Notes: generated from the letters alone by a model not told the origin. 62,833 nt of DNA, filler included, from Ionaspis alba (GCA_964255285.1; 10 parts of 10 records of this genome joined end to end with filler, not necessarily neighbours in it), one strand, 5' to 3'; positions 1 through 12,689 are shown, counted from the whole stretch's first letter. Numbers and translations: made by a program.

Positions 1-334
1 CCTTTATGTACGCCTCTACCAAGCTCGCGTCATTCGTCCGTCGGCCGCTTGCGGTATAGCCGAGCCCATGGGTCTCTCCACTTCGCAGTTGACGACAAAA
101 GAGATCGCCAGTGCTAGCCTCGACACACGCGATCCATTTTTCCATAATAAATTTGCCGGCGGTAAGACCTAGGAAGCCGTTGTACTCGTAGTCCCCAAAA
201 ATATCAATAACCTCGTCGAAAGCCAATTTGTCCTTCCACTTGATAAGCTCTGCAAATGGACACTGCTTTTGTAGCTGGTGTTGATTAAAATGTTCGGCGA
301 CAGCGTGTAAGCCATGTTCGAAGAGCTTGTCCAT
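1..334 (-). CDS. Hypothetical protein, 5' part (runs off window start)
   Basis: Manual translation from ATG at 334 gives MDKLFEHGLHAVAEHFNQHQLQKQCPFAELIKW...ASLVEAYIK, 111 stop-free codons to the edge. Absent from the ORF track. No family recognised. Confidence 0.5.
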   Translation of the reverse strand, partial: MDKLFEHGLHAVAEHFNQHQLQKQCPFAELIKWKDKLAFDEVIDIFGDYEYNGFLGLTAGKFIMEKWIACVEASTGDLFCRQLRSGETHGLGYTASGRRTNDASLVEAYIK

Positions 335-460
335 GGCGGACCTCGTGTTTTCGCAAATCAAAATGATACTATCGCGACGAACTTAGATCAGATACGCAGA
401 GAATGTGTTCGGTGGAAGGCTATGAGCCTTCCAGCACTTGGGCCCGCATTGACGGACGCA

Positions 461-492
461 CACTTTATAGGACACTCACTTTATAGGACACT
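461..492 (+). repeat. Perfect 16-bp tandem duplication (CACTTTATAGGACACT x2)
   Basis: Read directly from the sequence. Confidence 0.85.
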
Positions 493-1881
493 CAGTTGCA
501 CTAGCAAATATGCCTTACTGAGGCTAGTCCACGTTCGACGAGAAAATAGCGTGCGCCAGCTTTCAGCCCAAGTACTAGATTCTTGGGTACAAACGGCCAA
601 ATGATAAAGAGATCATTGGCGCAGCTGAATTAGATGGTCTCTTTATGAGGAAGCATTAGCGACAGCAAGTCAGGAGGGTGAGGCAAAGGGAGCACACAGA
701 GAGTACAAAGCGAGCATTTGAGAGTACAGGACAACACAGGGGGAGCAAAAGCACGAAGTAGTCGTTGGTGTAGGAGCATTGCAGCGGTACTGTCTAACCA
801 AATTTCGAGGATACCCAATATATATATATTATATACACCCCGAACTTAGGATTTTGGGTTGCCGTTTTCAATCGGGAAAGGGAGTAAGGCCGTTTTAGAA
901 GAAGCACCGGGGGAGTAAAAAGGCGTAGTAAAGGAGCATCAAAGGAGCAAGGGGAGCATCGAGAGAGCACGGAGGAACACCGAGGGAGCATTACAGAGCA
1001 GTGCAGGGGCTCAACAAATAAAACCCTGAAATGGCTTCCTCCGTCTCTGCTTGAGCTGCCTTCATTATTGCTCAGCTCCGCCTGCTACCTAGACATCACG
1101 CCCTCCTACGGCGTAGTAATAGAGGGAAATAATGAAAGAAATATCGTGCTGCTAATCTTAACCCTACTCCTGCCAACACGCTAGGACGCGACATAGTTTG
1201 TGTGCAGGTAAGAACGCGCCCGCATCGCGATGGTCTTGACGTATTGACCCGGTAATTTTCAAAAAGGTTTGACGGCTGCCTAGATTTCTGAACGCCAGGA
1301 ATTGACCAGATTTCAACGTTGGGACTCTCTTCGGGACTCGCGTCGTGAGATTCATCCGACGACTTTGTGGCCAAGCAGCATTGTACGATGTTTGGGACGT
1401 CATACACTCCTGAATCATCCTTCGCGAGGTATCAATTGAGAATGCAGTGTTACATATTGGGTGCTTTGTGTGAGGCAGGCATGAGAACGGCCTAGCTACC
1501 GAGCAGTTCGTTGTTCGGTCGTCTTGCAATGCAGCGTTTCCACGCATAGGCCTCATAGAAGATTAATTGATTGATTGGGTAACTCGAAGAACAAGAGCTA
1601 GTATGGAAGAGATTGCTAACTCCAGGCTTAGTAAGCCATTAGTCATAGCATTTAGGGCTGAATTTCAATAGGTCGGCCTCTACCTTATGCACGCGAACTT
1701 TACTCTCTGTCTCCTAATCCCTGTGATCATGCTTCAAAATGTCATGCTCTTCCAGTCCGCAAACGCCGAATCATGATAGGTGTAGCTTTAATGCCCCTGC
1801 TTCCCCGCATAAGAACCCCCAACTCAAGGCTCTTCAGCAACCAGGACAACCAACAGGATCCATCGTCCCTTCCTGTGTGCT

Positions 1882-3495
1882 CTAACCCCCTGTAGTGCCA
1901 TTAATGCCACCATCTTTGTGATCTAAGATCCACATGAAATCATCTGGATCACCTCCAACTCCGCCATCGTCCTTCGTCCCATCGTCAAAGCCATTCAGCA
2001 CACCATTGGCATCGGTCCAGCCAGGGCGGTCGGTGGATTTGGTGTCGTAGGGCCAGCCCCATTTGGTCTGGAACCAGACGGCGGTAAACCACCAGGCGTA
2101 TGTGTCGGCTGCGATGATTATGTTAGCATCGTGTTCGTCCTGGGATCTGCCAGAAATGGTAAATGGCGCTTCTCAATCTTGCCGCAATTGCTTGGCTGCG
2201 CCCTGAAAACTTGCCAGAATTGGAGGCCAAAGCCCTGGAATCTGCTTTGGGAGGAGAAAGGAATGCCCACCATTGATTTCTTGCAGGACGTTCACTTTGC
2301 TGTCTGAAGCCTTCAAGAACAACCAGCCAAAATCGGCGCACCTGCTACCTCCATAGACCTTCCCGTCAACCCGTGCGTCACTGAGGTCGTCAATGAAGTT
2401 TCGATAGCCGTATCTTTTCACGTGCATGAATTCGTGGGCGATGACGTGTTCACGGGTTCTGAGAGCATAGAGTTCGCTTGACTTCTTCTTGTTGTTGGTC
2501 ACATCAGCCAAATTTGGGATGTCGTTTTTGGCGAAGAATTTAGGGCAGAATGTTATCCAGATGTTGTCTCCTGTGCCACCTTTACCCTCCCGTTGGGTGG
2601 TGTAAGCCGGGAGCTGCGGATTATTTGCACAGGGTGTCTCGCCATCGGGCAAGGCGTCTTTACAGCGGATCGAGGCGCGCTGGGCTTTGGAACCTGTGCG
2701 CAATTTCCGGGCGTTAGCTGCACCCAAAGGCGCCAAAGCGAGATGCAAGCAGAGGAATCAAACCCTAGAACAGCGACAAGACGTACCTGATCCTCCATCG
2801 AAGGGAAAGATAGAAGCGATTTTGGCATTGTCGTTGATCGCTTTGAGGGCACTTTTGTAGTCATCGTTGTAGTTCCAGTCTTTCTTCACTATTGTCTTGC
2901 CTTTTGGATTCGGTCGTATGTAGAAGGTATGCCACGCGCCATCGGTGTTGAAATCCTATACAACAATTTAGTGTATTAGCAGGGCTCTTTGCCCGCAATT
3001 TTGGCAATTCCAAGAGCAACTCTGAAGCCAAAATTGCCAGTTGAATGGTCTTGGAGCGAATAGACGTACCTCCCTATTGGGATCCGTGAGCAGCCTGGTA
3101 AATTCTTTCGTTTTACGCAATCCTGGCACCAGGATGTCAAGCATGTCCTTAGTACACTCCTGCTTGCCGGATTCCGGGTCCTTTTGAAATGCATAATCCC
3201 AGTACAGACCTAAGTAATTCTCGGAGCGTTAGCGGCAATTCTAGCAAGTCTGGGGAACCCAATAAGCAATTTCGACCAGTTCGAGGAACTCAATAAGCAA
3301 TTCTAGCAAGTTTGAAAAGCGCAATCTACCGATTCTGGGAATTCTCAGGAGGGGAGTTTACTCACCCTTGAACTCATTCGAAAGATCATCTTTCGTATAA
3401 TCTTCTAGTAGTGCAGCATCGCTGCGACCCGCTAGCAAGGGCGAGGAAAGGGTGAAGGGGATGCCAGCGAGCACTAGCAAAGTCTTGAAACTCAT
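1882..3495 (-). CDS. Secreted zinc metalloprotease, M35/aspzincin-like (5 exons)
   Basis: Manual splicing: signal peptide MSFKTLLVLAGIPFTLSSPL; exons about 3495-3366, 3209-3070, 2955-2787, 2693-2272 and 2109-1882 with GT-AG introns that keep the frame. Motifs ITFCPKFF, HEFMH, VYGG and NADTYAW follow the HEXXH...NAD[ST]Y pattern of M35-like peptidases. The exact C-terminus is less certain. Confidence 0.75.
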
Positions 3496-4769
3496 ACTAG
3501 CTTTGCTCAGGTGGAATAACAAGGAAAAGAGTAGAAAGACCTCTTATATATTTTATAAAGTGAAGTAGTGTACGCTTGTTGCTTGGATCTTTGCTTGAGA
3601 TAAGGTGCAACGCTTGATTACTTATACGCAACACCTCGTACCATAGATAGATTAAAGACACCATCAGCATGATAGTGAAACATCCTGGAGGATTGAAGTC
3701 TGATGCATGAAACAGCTGTACCACCAATATAACCTGTCCTCCATCGAGGCTGAAGGCGGCGAAGCACGCAGTTGCAACAGTTATAGTGGTGTAGGGTGAT
3801 AAATAACAATAGAATGCTTCTATAAAGGTCAAAACAACGCACTGCCTGTGATAATGGACCTACAATTTCAAACGAGTAAGCATACCCTCGTCATGATTAC
3901 TAGGAGCACAGCTTATATGTATATATTAGCAGATCAATGAATGAGACTTGGTGCCTGTTGAACGATATCATTATAAGGCTCAGAGGGTGGTACGGAGTAG
4001 GAGGGGAGATCACACTAAGTGGAATTAGGTCAGGGCTGTAGCATTCCCAAGGTATGCAATATTTTTGTTTCATTCAATCTTGGTAAAATTGCTGTTGGCG
4101 ATGGGCGTCAAAACCTCGCCTACATTATGGCTATCAACAATTCCGTCGACGATGAAGGTCTCTGGAGTGTTAGGTTCTACGCGCCAAATTCTCCAGGGAT
4201 TTCAGCAATCCAGAGAGTTATTGGCTTTTGTCGGAGTATCAGACTCTTCTTTGGTCGTTCGTGGCCAGCATAATGGTTCGAAGAATGGGTGATGAGCAAT
4301 GTGTCTCGAGGTCAGCCTTCGAGGTAGTTTAACAAAGCGGCACACATAGAAGCTGACTGCTCTCGAGATTGCAATTGTCAACAATTCATCCGCGAATGAT
4401 TAAAAACGAAGGAATATGGCGTAGGGTTGTTTCATCTCATCTGGAGGAGGATTGAAGCTCACTAGCTTGAGTGGCGCAGCTAGCATGTGGCCCTACCCTT
4501 AATTGAAAGCACTCAGCCTCGGTCGAAGCGCGCGCTTTCTTCCTTGTTTCCATGTTTCTTAATGAAACCCTGCTTTCTGGCTCGAAGACGACCCAAGGAA
4601 TCCTACTGGGAAGACTGCATCCACTAAGGGTCAACGAAAGGAGTTCCCGAATGACTGCCAGCCCCGCTGCTGCCCGTCTCATTATTTTGAATGAGACAAC
4701 CAGCAAGTCCTCTCGTATCCACCTTTATCTCCTACAGACCACGCTCTACATCACTTCAGAACATCCAGG

Positions 4770-5711
4770 ATGTCTCAAGCCATTGGTATATGCTTTGGAC
4801 CAGAGCATATCACCGTCTCCAAAGCTGGGGACGGCGACTCCTTCGACTATATCGACAGCCATTCAGCAAGCCCTGCTTATCAGGAATTCTTCCAGCTGGT
4901 CCTTAAAAAAAGAGTACAGGGTGATCTGAATAGCCGACCTCGGGAAGAGGTGCCAGATACATATCTAGTACCCCCAGAATCGCAAAGCATAGATGTGGAG
5001 AAAATGCTCCGCCAAGAGCTTGAAGCAGTGATCGAACGTATTTCGGATGCTGCGAAAATCGTACCAACCATTACTATCCCGTATCACTGGAATTCGACCG
5101 TCCAAAGAGCAACATTCAAAGCTGCGGAAGGTGCAAAGATCCCTCTGGCCGGCATCCACATGCTCTATAAGATGTCACGCGCAGTCGAGAGGGCATATGA
5201 CCTTGACTCGCGCATTGTCCTGGATGACTATTTCTTCATCGTCGTGGACTACAACTCCAAATACATTCACCTCCTCATTTGCGAAACCGCCAAGGGTGGA
5301 GGCTATGGTATCGTTGAAGGCCAAGTGCAATTGCCGCATCTGGGAGAGAACTCGGGCTCGAATGAAGGATATCGAGAAGAAGTCGTCGAAGCTATCAAGA
5401 AATTCGTATCTCTCACAACTGTTGATGGCGAGTCTTGGATAGACGTAAAGCCGCCGTATCACCTCATCAAGGCAGTGATTCTCAGTGGCAACGCGTCATC
5501 CAGAGGAATGGAACAGATCAGCGAGGTGCTCCAGCAGGTCTTCGGGCGGAGTTTGGTTCGTGACTCTTATCCTCCGTTGTATACTGGAGCAATAGGTGCC
5601 GCCCGTGCTGCAAGGGAACAAGAAGAGGATCCAAAATCGACCAGAGACTTCATATCAGCGCCTATTCCCGTTCCCGACGAGCCAAAGTCGGTGTCAATGC
5701 CTGAAAGATAG
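4770..5711 (+). CDS. Divergent Hsp70/actin-like ATPase-fold protein (313 aa, intronless)
   Basis: Motif order resembles the Hsp70 nucleotide-binding domain: AIGICFG, TITIPYHWNSTVQRATFKAA, FIVVDYN, AVILSG, GAIGAARAA. Confidence 0.6.
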   Translation: MSQAIGICFGPEHITVSKAGDGDSFDYIDSHSASPAYQEFFQLVLKKRVQGDLNSRPREEVPDTYLVPPESQSIDVEKMLRQELEAVIERISDAAKIVPTITIPYHWNSTVQRATFKAAEGAKIPLAGIHMLYKMSRAVERAYDLDSRIVLDDYFFIVVDYNSKYIHLLICETAKGGGYGIVEGQVQLPHLGENSGSNEGYREEVVEAIKKFVSLTTVDGESWIDVKPPYHLIKAVILSGNASSRGMEQISEVLQQVFGRSLVRDSYPPLYTGAIGAARAAREQEEDPKSTRDFISAPIPVPDEPKSVSMPER

Positions 5712-6246
5712 GGTATCATTTTTGGACGTTGTGAGCGACAGAGAACCTAGATATTTCCCCTTCATGCTCGGAGGCAACGATTTGACGCTCCTTACCGGCC
5801 CAGGCATACGCCAGTCGGTCACATATTGACTGTGGGGTTACTACCGATTGGGGGGCCTCATTTTGACGGTCATATGAGCTTGTCTGCTTCACTGTTGTTT
5901 GTATCTAGCTCAATTTACATCATTATTTGGACAACCGGAAATACTGTCAAGGGGATGACTAAGCAGACAAGCGCATCACGTATTTAGGGGCCCCAGATAT
6001 TTCCTGGCTCCCTTGATACTGCTGCTGAAGCGGCTCGGCTCCACTCTCTCCGACGAAAGTGGCAGTTATCTACAATGTAAACCTGTTCACTACAGACTCC
6101 TCATCAAACACTCTCTAAAATGGCTTTTCTTCTACAGATATTGATCAACAATCTTATTTTCTCAAACATTAAGATTATATTGCTAGAAATAAATTAGCCT
6201 GTATTGCTGTATTCAAGGACCATCACTCTGGAGAAAGATCCCCAGG

Positions 6247-6346
6247 NNNNNNNNNNNNNNNNNNNNNNNNNNNNNNNNNNNNNNNNNNNNTTAATTAATT
6301 AANNNNNNNNNNNNNNNNNNNNNNNNNNNNNNNNNNNNNNNNNNNN
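6247..6346. other. Artificial contig-joining spacer N44-TTAATTAATTAA-N44
   Basis: Six-frame-stop linker flanked by Ns; nine identical copies in the window. Confidence 0.97.
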
Positions 6347-7388
6347 GGCTGGGCTTGTTCGGATGGTTGTGAGGGGTGGTCGGGCTTCGGTTTCTGGTGG
6401 GGGTGTGGGAGGGAACATGTTGCGGTTGATGGGTGGTTCGGATTGTTGGCGAGATCTGCTTGTAAGATCGGAGCGGACGAGGTTGGAAGCGGCAAAGGAG
6501 ATGCTGTCTGGAGGACGGTCGTCACGGCTGCTTTCTGTGGCAATTGCGTTCATGTTCCTCCTGTTTTCAGCGCCGGCAAATCCGGTGTAGACATTGGCTC
6601 TGTCGGCCGAAGCTATGAGGCGGGCTTTACCCAGATAATCCTTTGTCTTCAGGTTCTTGACTTTGGCGCTATTTGGTCGATAGACCACTCCGACTGGAAT
6701 GGAAAAGACGGTGTAGCCCTAAGACTGTCAACAATATCTTCAAGCCGGATCTCAAACAACGCCTACCTCAGCTTCCTCCTTAATGGCTTCGTCGATCACA
6801 TCATGATCAGGCGTGACCTTCTCTTTCACGGCATAAGTCAGATCCCCCATACCCGCCTCCTTCTGCTGAAGATAGATGTAGCATAGTCCTCGGTTGAAGA
6901 GTACTTCGCACGAGAATAGCTTGAATTTGAGGCCCAGCTGTTCGTAATCGATGTAGGTGTTGCCGCGCAGATACAGCAGAGTGTCATTGAAGTTGGCCAA
7001 AGCTTCCTCGAAATCCCCCACCAAGAAATTCGACACGCCTTGCTGGAAGTATGCCACGGCGAGATATTGATCGAGTCTTATGGCTCGTTGATAGCATTCG
7101 ACCTAGAGGAGCATCAGTATCCGCTTCTTCCAGCTCTTTGCGACAGTGAGTATGAAAACGTACTGCCTTGTCATGTTCTCCAAGTGTCGCATGGATAACC
7201 CCACAATTGAACAGAATCTTGGAAGTGTCTGAGATGCCATCGAAGGTCTTGAGGGATTCCTCGAACTCGTTGTTGTCGTATCGCGCAAGAGCTTCAACCC
7301 AAGTTTCGATTTCCTACAGCGTTGAGGGTCAGTGGCTGTCGAGCATGGTAAGACAAGTGGGGGGATTGCGGACCTGCTTTAGGGACAT
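6347..7388 (-). CDS. noxR: NADPH oxidase regulator NoxR (p67phox homologue), 3'-truncated at spacer
   Basis: Spliced MSLKQ|EIETWVEALARYDNNEF...AVAYFQQGVSNFLVGDFEEALANFNDTLLYLRGNTYIDYEQLGLKFKLFSCEVLFNRGL...VYRPNSAKVKNLKTKDYLGKARL. TPR region plus activation domain; three introns. Confidence 0.95.
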
Positions 7389-10300
7389 ATTTACGATCCA
7401 GATGGATCAGACCCGCTGATTTGTCTCTCCAGAGAGACCTGTCTATATGTTCCTCAATCGCTCCAGGCGGTCGCAATATCCTGAAATACAGTAGAGTACA
7501 GGTGGACGGTTCAGTTGTCCAAAATGGGCGAAACGGGACGGGAGGGCGCTCGAGCTCTCTTAAGGCTGTTGGTGGTCGTTGTGCTGGTCGGTGTTGGTGC
7601 GCGCAAGAATTCCTCGTAGTTGCGACGATGCTCGACAATGTTGGAAACACTTGAAAAGATTGATAAGATCAACGAGAGACGTTTAAGAACGATAGATCCA
7701 AGCTCCTCAGGGGCGAGATCGCAAAAACGAGCGTCTGTGCAAGTTCAGTCGTTCTACGACCGAAGCTAGCGAGAAGGCGGGTAAAGGAATGGAATTGCAA
7801 TAATGAAGGGAAGAATTGACCAGCAACGCTCGACTTTTGGGTCTAGAAGGCGCCCGAGTCGATCAACTGGGACTAAGTAGCTGTGCGGAACTTGCATGAG
7901 CAGGACAATTGAGTTGGCATTTGATAGGGCACCGACGCGTTGAAGCACTTGGTGTTGCAGATCCAAGACCGAGGCAGAGCTGCCGATTCGTTGGACCAGT
8001 GACACCAACCTTGCCTCAATCCCAGCGCTTCAATGCACCGAAATCACTCCATCGTCTCCAATAGCTCGTTTGTTAGTTGTCACTAGTAAGTAATTCTGTT
8101 CCGCTTTTTCGTTCCTTCTCGTGACTTGCTCGCTACCGAGGAATGGCACCAAAAGGAGTACGGAGGTGGATGTCTCTGGGAAGTCAATCACTATAGTCGC
8201 AAAAGCAGTATATGTGTGATTATATGATTGGTAGATATATAAATGTATTTTATGTTCAAAGCACTTTTCGCAAGTTACACGTTAGCCTCCGTGAAAAGGC
8301 AGGTCTTGGCGAGAATAAGCATGTTGCACATGTCGTATCATGCTCAATGCCAAACTTTCATGCTTCCACCCAAAAGCTGTCAGTGTCTTCCAACCAGAGG
8401 CCCAAGTAGGATTTGATGACAATCTAGACGGCACAAATCAGTCCTTGAGGTTACCTGATTCATCTTGTTGCATGATTCCCTCGAGTGATTACCAGCCCAA
8501 GACACCAATCATAGTCAAGACTTGCTCATACCAACATCCACTGTGGGCTTCTTGAGTCGAGAGGTTGCAACGGTTTCATGCATTCAGACTCTTATCATGG
8601 CAGCTTTAAGCAATGCTTGGCTGCCTGCTGTTTGCACCTCAGGATGTGCCTCGAGTTTCCTTCGGATTCCACGTGGTGCTGGGTAGAGCTTTTGATGTTG
8701 CAGTGCTTGATGACAGGGTCATCCGATTTCTGATCTGGGAGCATAATAGATTCATGCACGATCTAGAACAAAGACGATTGAAGAGTGATTGCGAGATTCG
8801 CTCAACAACAGATTGGTAGATCTGTAGCAATTAGAGACGATGTAGGATCATGGCAACGTCACACAGGCTCTCAGCTGTGCATGTGGATCAGCTTTTAACA
8901 GTGAAACTCTCCGACCAGAGAACTTAGGGTAAACTGCATATTGCCAGAGCTAGCTCTGAGATACTTCCTCAAGGTAACTCCACGCATGATAGAGATCGCG
9001 GCACAGCTTGGTACACCGCTTGATAAGAGGAGAATCTCAAGACTCGATGGGCAACTCAGCTCATCTGAGGCTCAGACACGAAAAAAACCTAAGCACACAA
9101 CATCAATGCCGCCTTAGAGCAGGATGCTTTCAGAGCAGGCAGGAAGATAAGCAATAACAAGTGATAGTATGACAAGCCGAGGCAGGCTTTAATGCATGAT
9201 AGCAATAAAACTCGTTGGGTCAAGTATAGATAGAACCCAAGGTAGCAGAGCTGAAGGGCCTTCCAAGCTCCAGGGACTCAATCCCCAAATTCCCAGCGAC
9301 CTGGTAAATGCTGACAGGCGGCCCCGCGGAAGCCAAGGATCCACCCAGACCGCACATTCCCGACAGCCTGGGAATCACACGTGCAGAAGGAGTAGCAGAA
9401 GCTGAAGAATCCCCGATCAGAGATGAAGGGAAAGGAGAGCTATCCAAGCACGAGGGTCGGAGTGGGGAATGGGTTTCCCTTTTTGTTCAGACCGCCTCCA
9501 TGTGTATTGCTCACACGCGCTCACGTTGCATTCTCGGGCTTGTTCTTCCATGCATATTCTAAAGCCGGCCCTGTGAGGCGGTTTTTGGCTGACTCCCACG
9601 TGCGTGTTGAGTGACTGCATTGGTTGGGCTCGTGGTTGTGGTAGGATAGACTTTGGCGGGGAAGGGAAGGGCAGAGTGACTGGGTCGGAGACACCGATGG
9701 AGTCAGCCAGCCAGGGCGGTGCGTGGAGATGGGCTGTGCATTAACTATGCATGATTTGTTTGTGCATTGTTATTGCGATAACATGTATACTTCGACAAGG
9801 TGGGCAGAAACATGACTACTTCCATAATCCATCCGGTAATTGCAAATCCTCATCTTTATCCTCGAACAGATGGTGACGACATTCATATCGCAAAGCCCGA
9901 TTGCGTGACGGACTTAAGATCCCCATGGCCGGCCGGAGAGGAAAGAAGCTTAAAAGACTTGCACATGTCACTCGGTGGAATTGTCATCATCATCCGATTA
10001 CAAATGTGCTGTGCGGAAAAGAAGCGACTCGATTACCGTTAATGGTTAAGCGAGCCGAGTGACGGCTTTCCCTCTTCCTCCGCTCCATCTTGTCGCGAAG
10101 ATTTGTCGGATGGTGGAAGAGTTTAATTGACAGCGGACGCCCCGTTTTACCGCTCCAAGAGCACGGCGACCTTAATTTCCCTACAGGATGTACATGGAAT
10201 GAGCAAGACTGACAAGACCAACTAATGCACTCAGCGATAATGGTTGAGTGACTCTTCGCCGAAGCTTTAGAGAAAATGCGAGTCGCGAGACTAGTGCTTC

Positions 10301-11679
10301 TTTCGGAGGCCGAAAAGGTCAAGTGGCTTTGAATCATTGCGACCGCCCTTAGGATTGATGGCGACCGCCTTATGCAAGAAACAAGGTACATTTTATGACT
10401 GCCTGAACTGTCGTCGTGGACTCGCTGTAGATTTCCGGTATAGAGCACTTGCTGGCTTGCGTGCGTTGAACAAGGCAGACGAGTGCACAATACGCACACC
10501 TATCGTTCTCCACGTATGCATTTCTGGGTTATGTTGCAACTTCACCGCCCGGTCAGCACGCTGGTTACCAAGCCACCTACAGATCTCATCGCTGTGTGCA
10601 TGTACCAAGTAATCTCCTTTTCTACAGTCAGCCAGTTATCGGATCTTGACCGTGAAGTGGGATTTTGTTGTGTAGGTTTGATTGTTTCGGCCGTTAACGA
10701 ACATCTGAAGGAAGGGCAATGAGATAACTGATTAGTTGGATGGATGGAAACACGGGTAGATAGGAGGTGATGATTATTTGCGAGATCAATAGTAATGGAA
10801 AGAAGCATAACGATGATTTGGATTGCCCAGAATGGATAGACGGATGAATCATAGCAGTCTTGTCGAAGCGGTAGAGATTACTTAGAGTCATCCATCCTCT
10901 CGCTGCACAATCGAAACATTATCACTAATCCATATTTCGTGCGAAATGACAGTTGTACCTTGCCCTGCATCTGTGTAGCAGAACTATCGAACTATTCTGG
11001 ATAGAGAAAACGAATGGGACCAAGAACAGAAAGCAGCAGCCTGTAAGAGCGGTGGCTTGTCAACGCAACTGACTCAGCCTTGGGTTCGTAATCATCCGTC
11101 TATCCAACGTTGGCGGTGAGACTCCTTTCCGGCGTAGGCTTGAGGGGTTCGCTGATAGGTGCCTGATGCCGAGAGGTTCCCACTAAAGCCCGACGGCGCA
11201 CCGGGAGTCGGTGCAATTGTGTGACACTTTCCCACCCATGCAACCCCGGTCGCTGGAGTTACTGGAGCTTAGCCGCGATTGATTGCAAATGTCGCGAAGT
11301 CCGGATGGTGCTTAGATGGATTTAACATTCTGAGGGTTGTTTGGCAGCTGGACCACGAGGAAACATAAGAGAACACCACACCCTCCAACATTTTGCTCTT
11401 CCTTCATCCATCTCAATCATCAAACAATCAAACACACATACATACAACTTCACACAAGAAAAGAAAACAACCTTCTCCCTCTTGTGGACTTGGATGATCA
11501 TCATCAACATACATCATCCCCCTTCTGCCTCATCCTTCGCCAAACCAAGAAACCCATTGAAGCCTAGACGCTAAACCACATCCGGCCTCGCCCAGCCAGA
11601 ATCCATATCAACCATCAAACTAAGTCACATCATCAGTCTCCAAAAACTCAATCCACTACTACCGACAAATATCACCACA

Positions 11680-12477
11680 ATGACTTCCTCCCTTCGATAC
11701 TCTTCCTCACCCACCCTCACCACCAACGCCAGCTACACCATCAACAGAACCACTTCCTCCCCGCCCCAAAAGAAACAAAAAATGAGCCTCACCCAAACCT
11801 ACCACCTCGCCCACACGGCGCGGGCCAAGCTCTCCAAAGAAGCCGCCAAAGCCGACCACGAACTCCACCGCCTAGTCGGCCACGCCAACCTCCTCGACGG
11901 GCTGATGCTCGACCTCGCCGAAGCCGAACGCGAACAGGAATCTTGGTTCAACGCCTCCGTTCGCCGCGCAAACAAAGCCTCCGAAGAACCCAAACACATC
12001 CAATGGGCCGACTCCCTCCCCGCGGTTGTCGAAGACTACGAAGAGGAAGAATCCGACAGCTCGGACGATGAATCTGACGCCGACGACGAGCAGGAAATCG
12101 GCTTTGCTAAATCTACGGCCAACGCTCCCCTCCGTCGGGTACCATCGCCGCCAATGATGACGGTCTCGACGATGGAAATCGATATGGGCTCGGATGAGGA
12201 GGAGGACGAAGACGAAGACGACGAGGAACTAGCGCTCACAAGAACATCGTCGCGAACGCCGCCGGAACTCCTGCATGAGGAGGACTCGGAATCAGATGAC
12301 GACTCGATGCCGCCGTCTCCGCCACTCGCTGATCTACCACTCGAGGCTTTCTCTTCCAAGTCTGCACAAAAGCAACAGGCTTCGTCGATAGCCTTACCCG
12401 TTGATTCCCAAGTGGATGGCGCTTTCTACGAGGAGGGTTTCTACCTTCCGCAGAGGCAGGCTGTCGCTGTCTACTGA
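11680..12477 (+). CDS. ECM13: ECM13-family acidic protein
   Basis: MSLTQTYHLAHTARAKLSKEA...LHRLVGHANLLD motif followed by acidic low-complexity tracts. Alternative ATG at 11782. Confidence 0.75.
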   Translation: MTSSLRYSSSPTLTTNASYTINRTTSSPPQKKQKMSLTQTYHLAHTARAKLSKEAAKADHELHRLVGHANLLDGLMLDLAEAEREQESWFNASVRRANKASEEPKHIQWADSLPAVVEDYEEEESDSSDDESDADDEQEIGFAKSTANAPLRRVPSPPMMTVSTMEIDMGSDEEEDEDEDDEELALTRTSSRTPPELLHEEDSESDDDSMPPSPPLADLPLEAFSSKSAQKQQASSIALPVDSQVDGAFYEEGFYLPQRQAVAVY

Positions 12478-12589
12478 AGGGGAAGACCTCATGGGGCATT
12501 GATTGTGCAGTACTTGGATTGAGAGCATTTCTGAGCGAGCGAGCGAGCGGGTTGTTTGAGCGGCATCTGATGATACCAAAAATATTTAC

Positions 12590-12689
12590 NNNNNNNNNNN
12601 NNNNNNNNNNNNNNNNNNNNNNNNNNNNNNNNNTTAATTAATTAANNNNNNNNNNNNNNNNNNNNNNNNNNNNNNNNNNNNNNNNNNNN
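12590..12689. other. Artificial contig-joining spacer
   Basis: N44-TTAATTAATTAA-N44. Confidence 0.97.
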
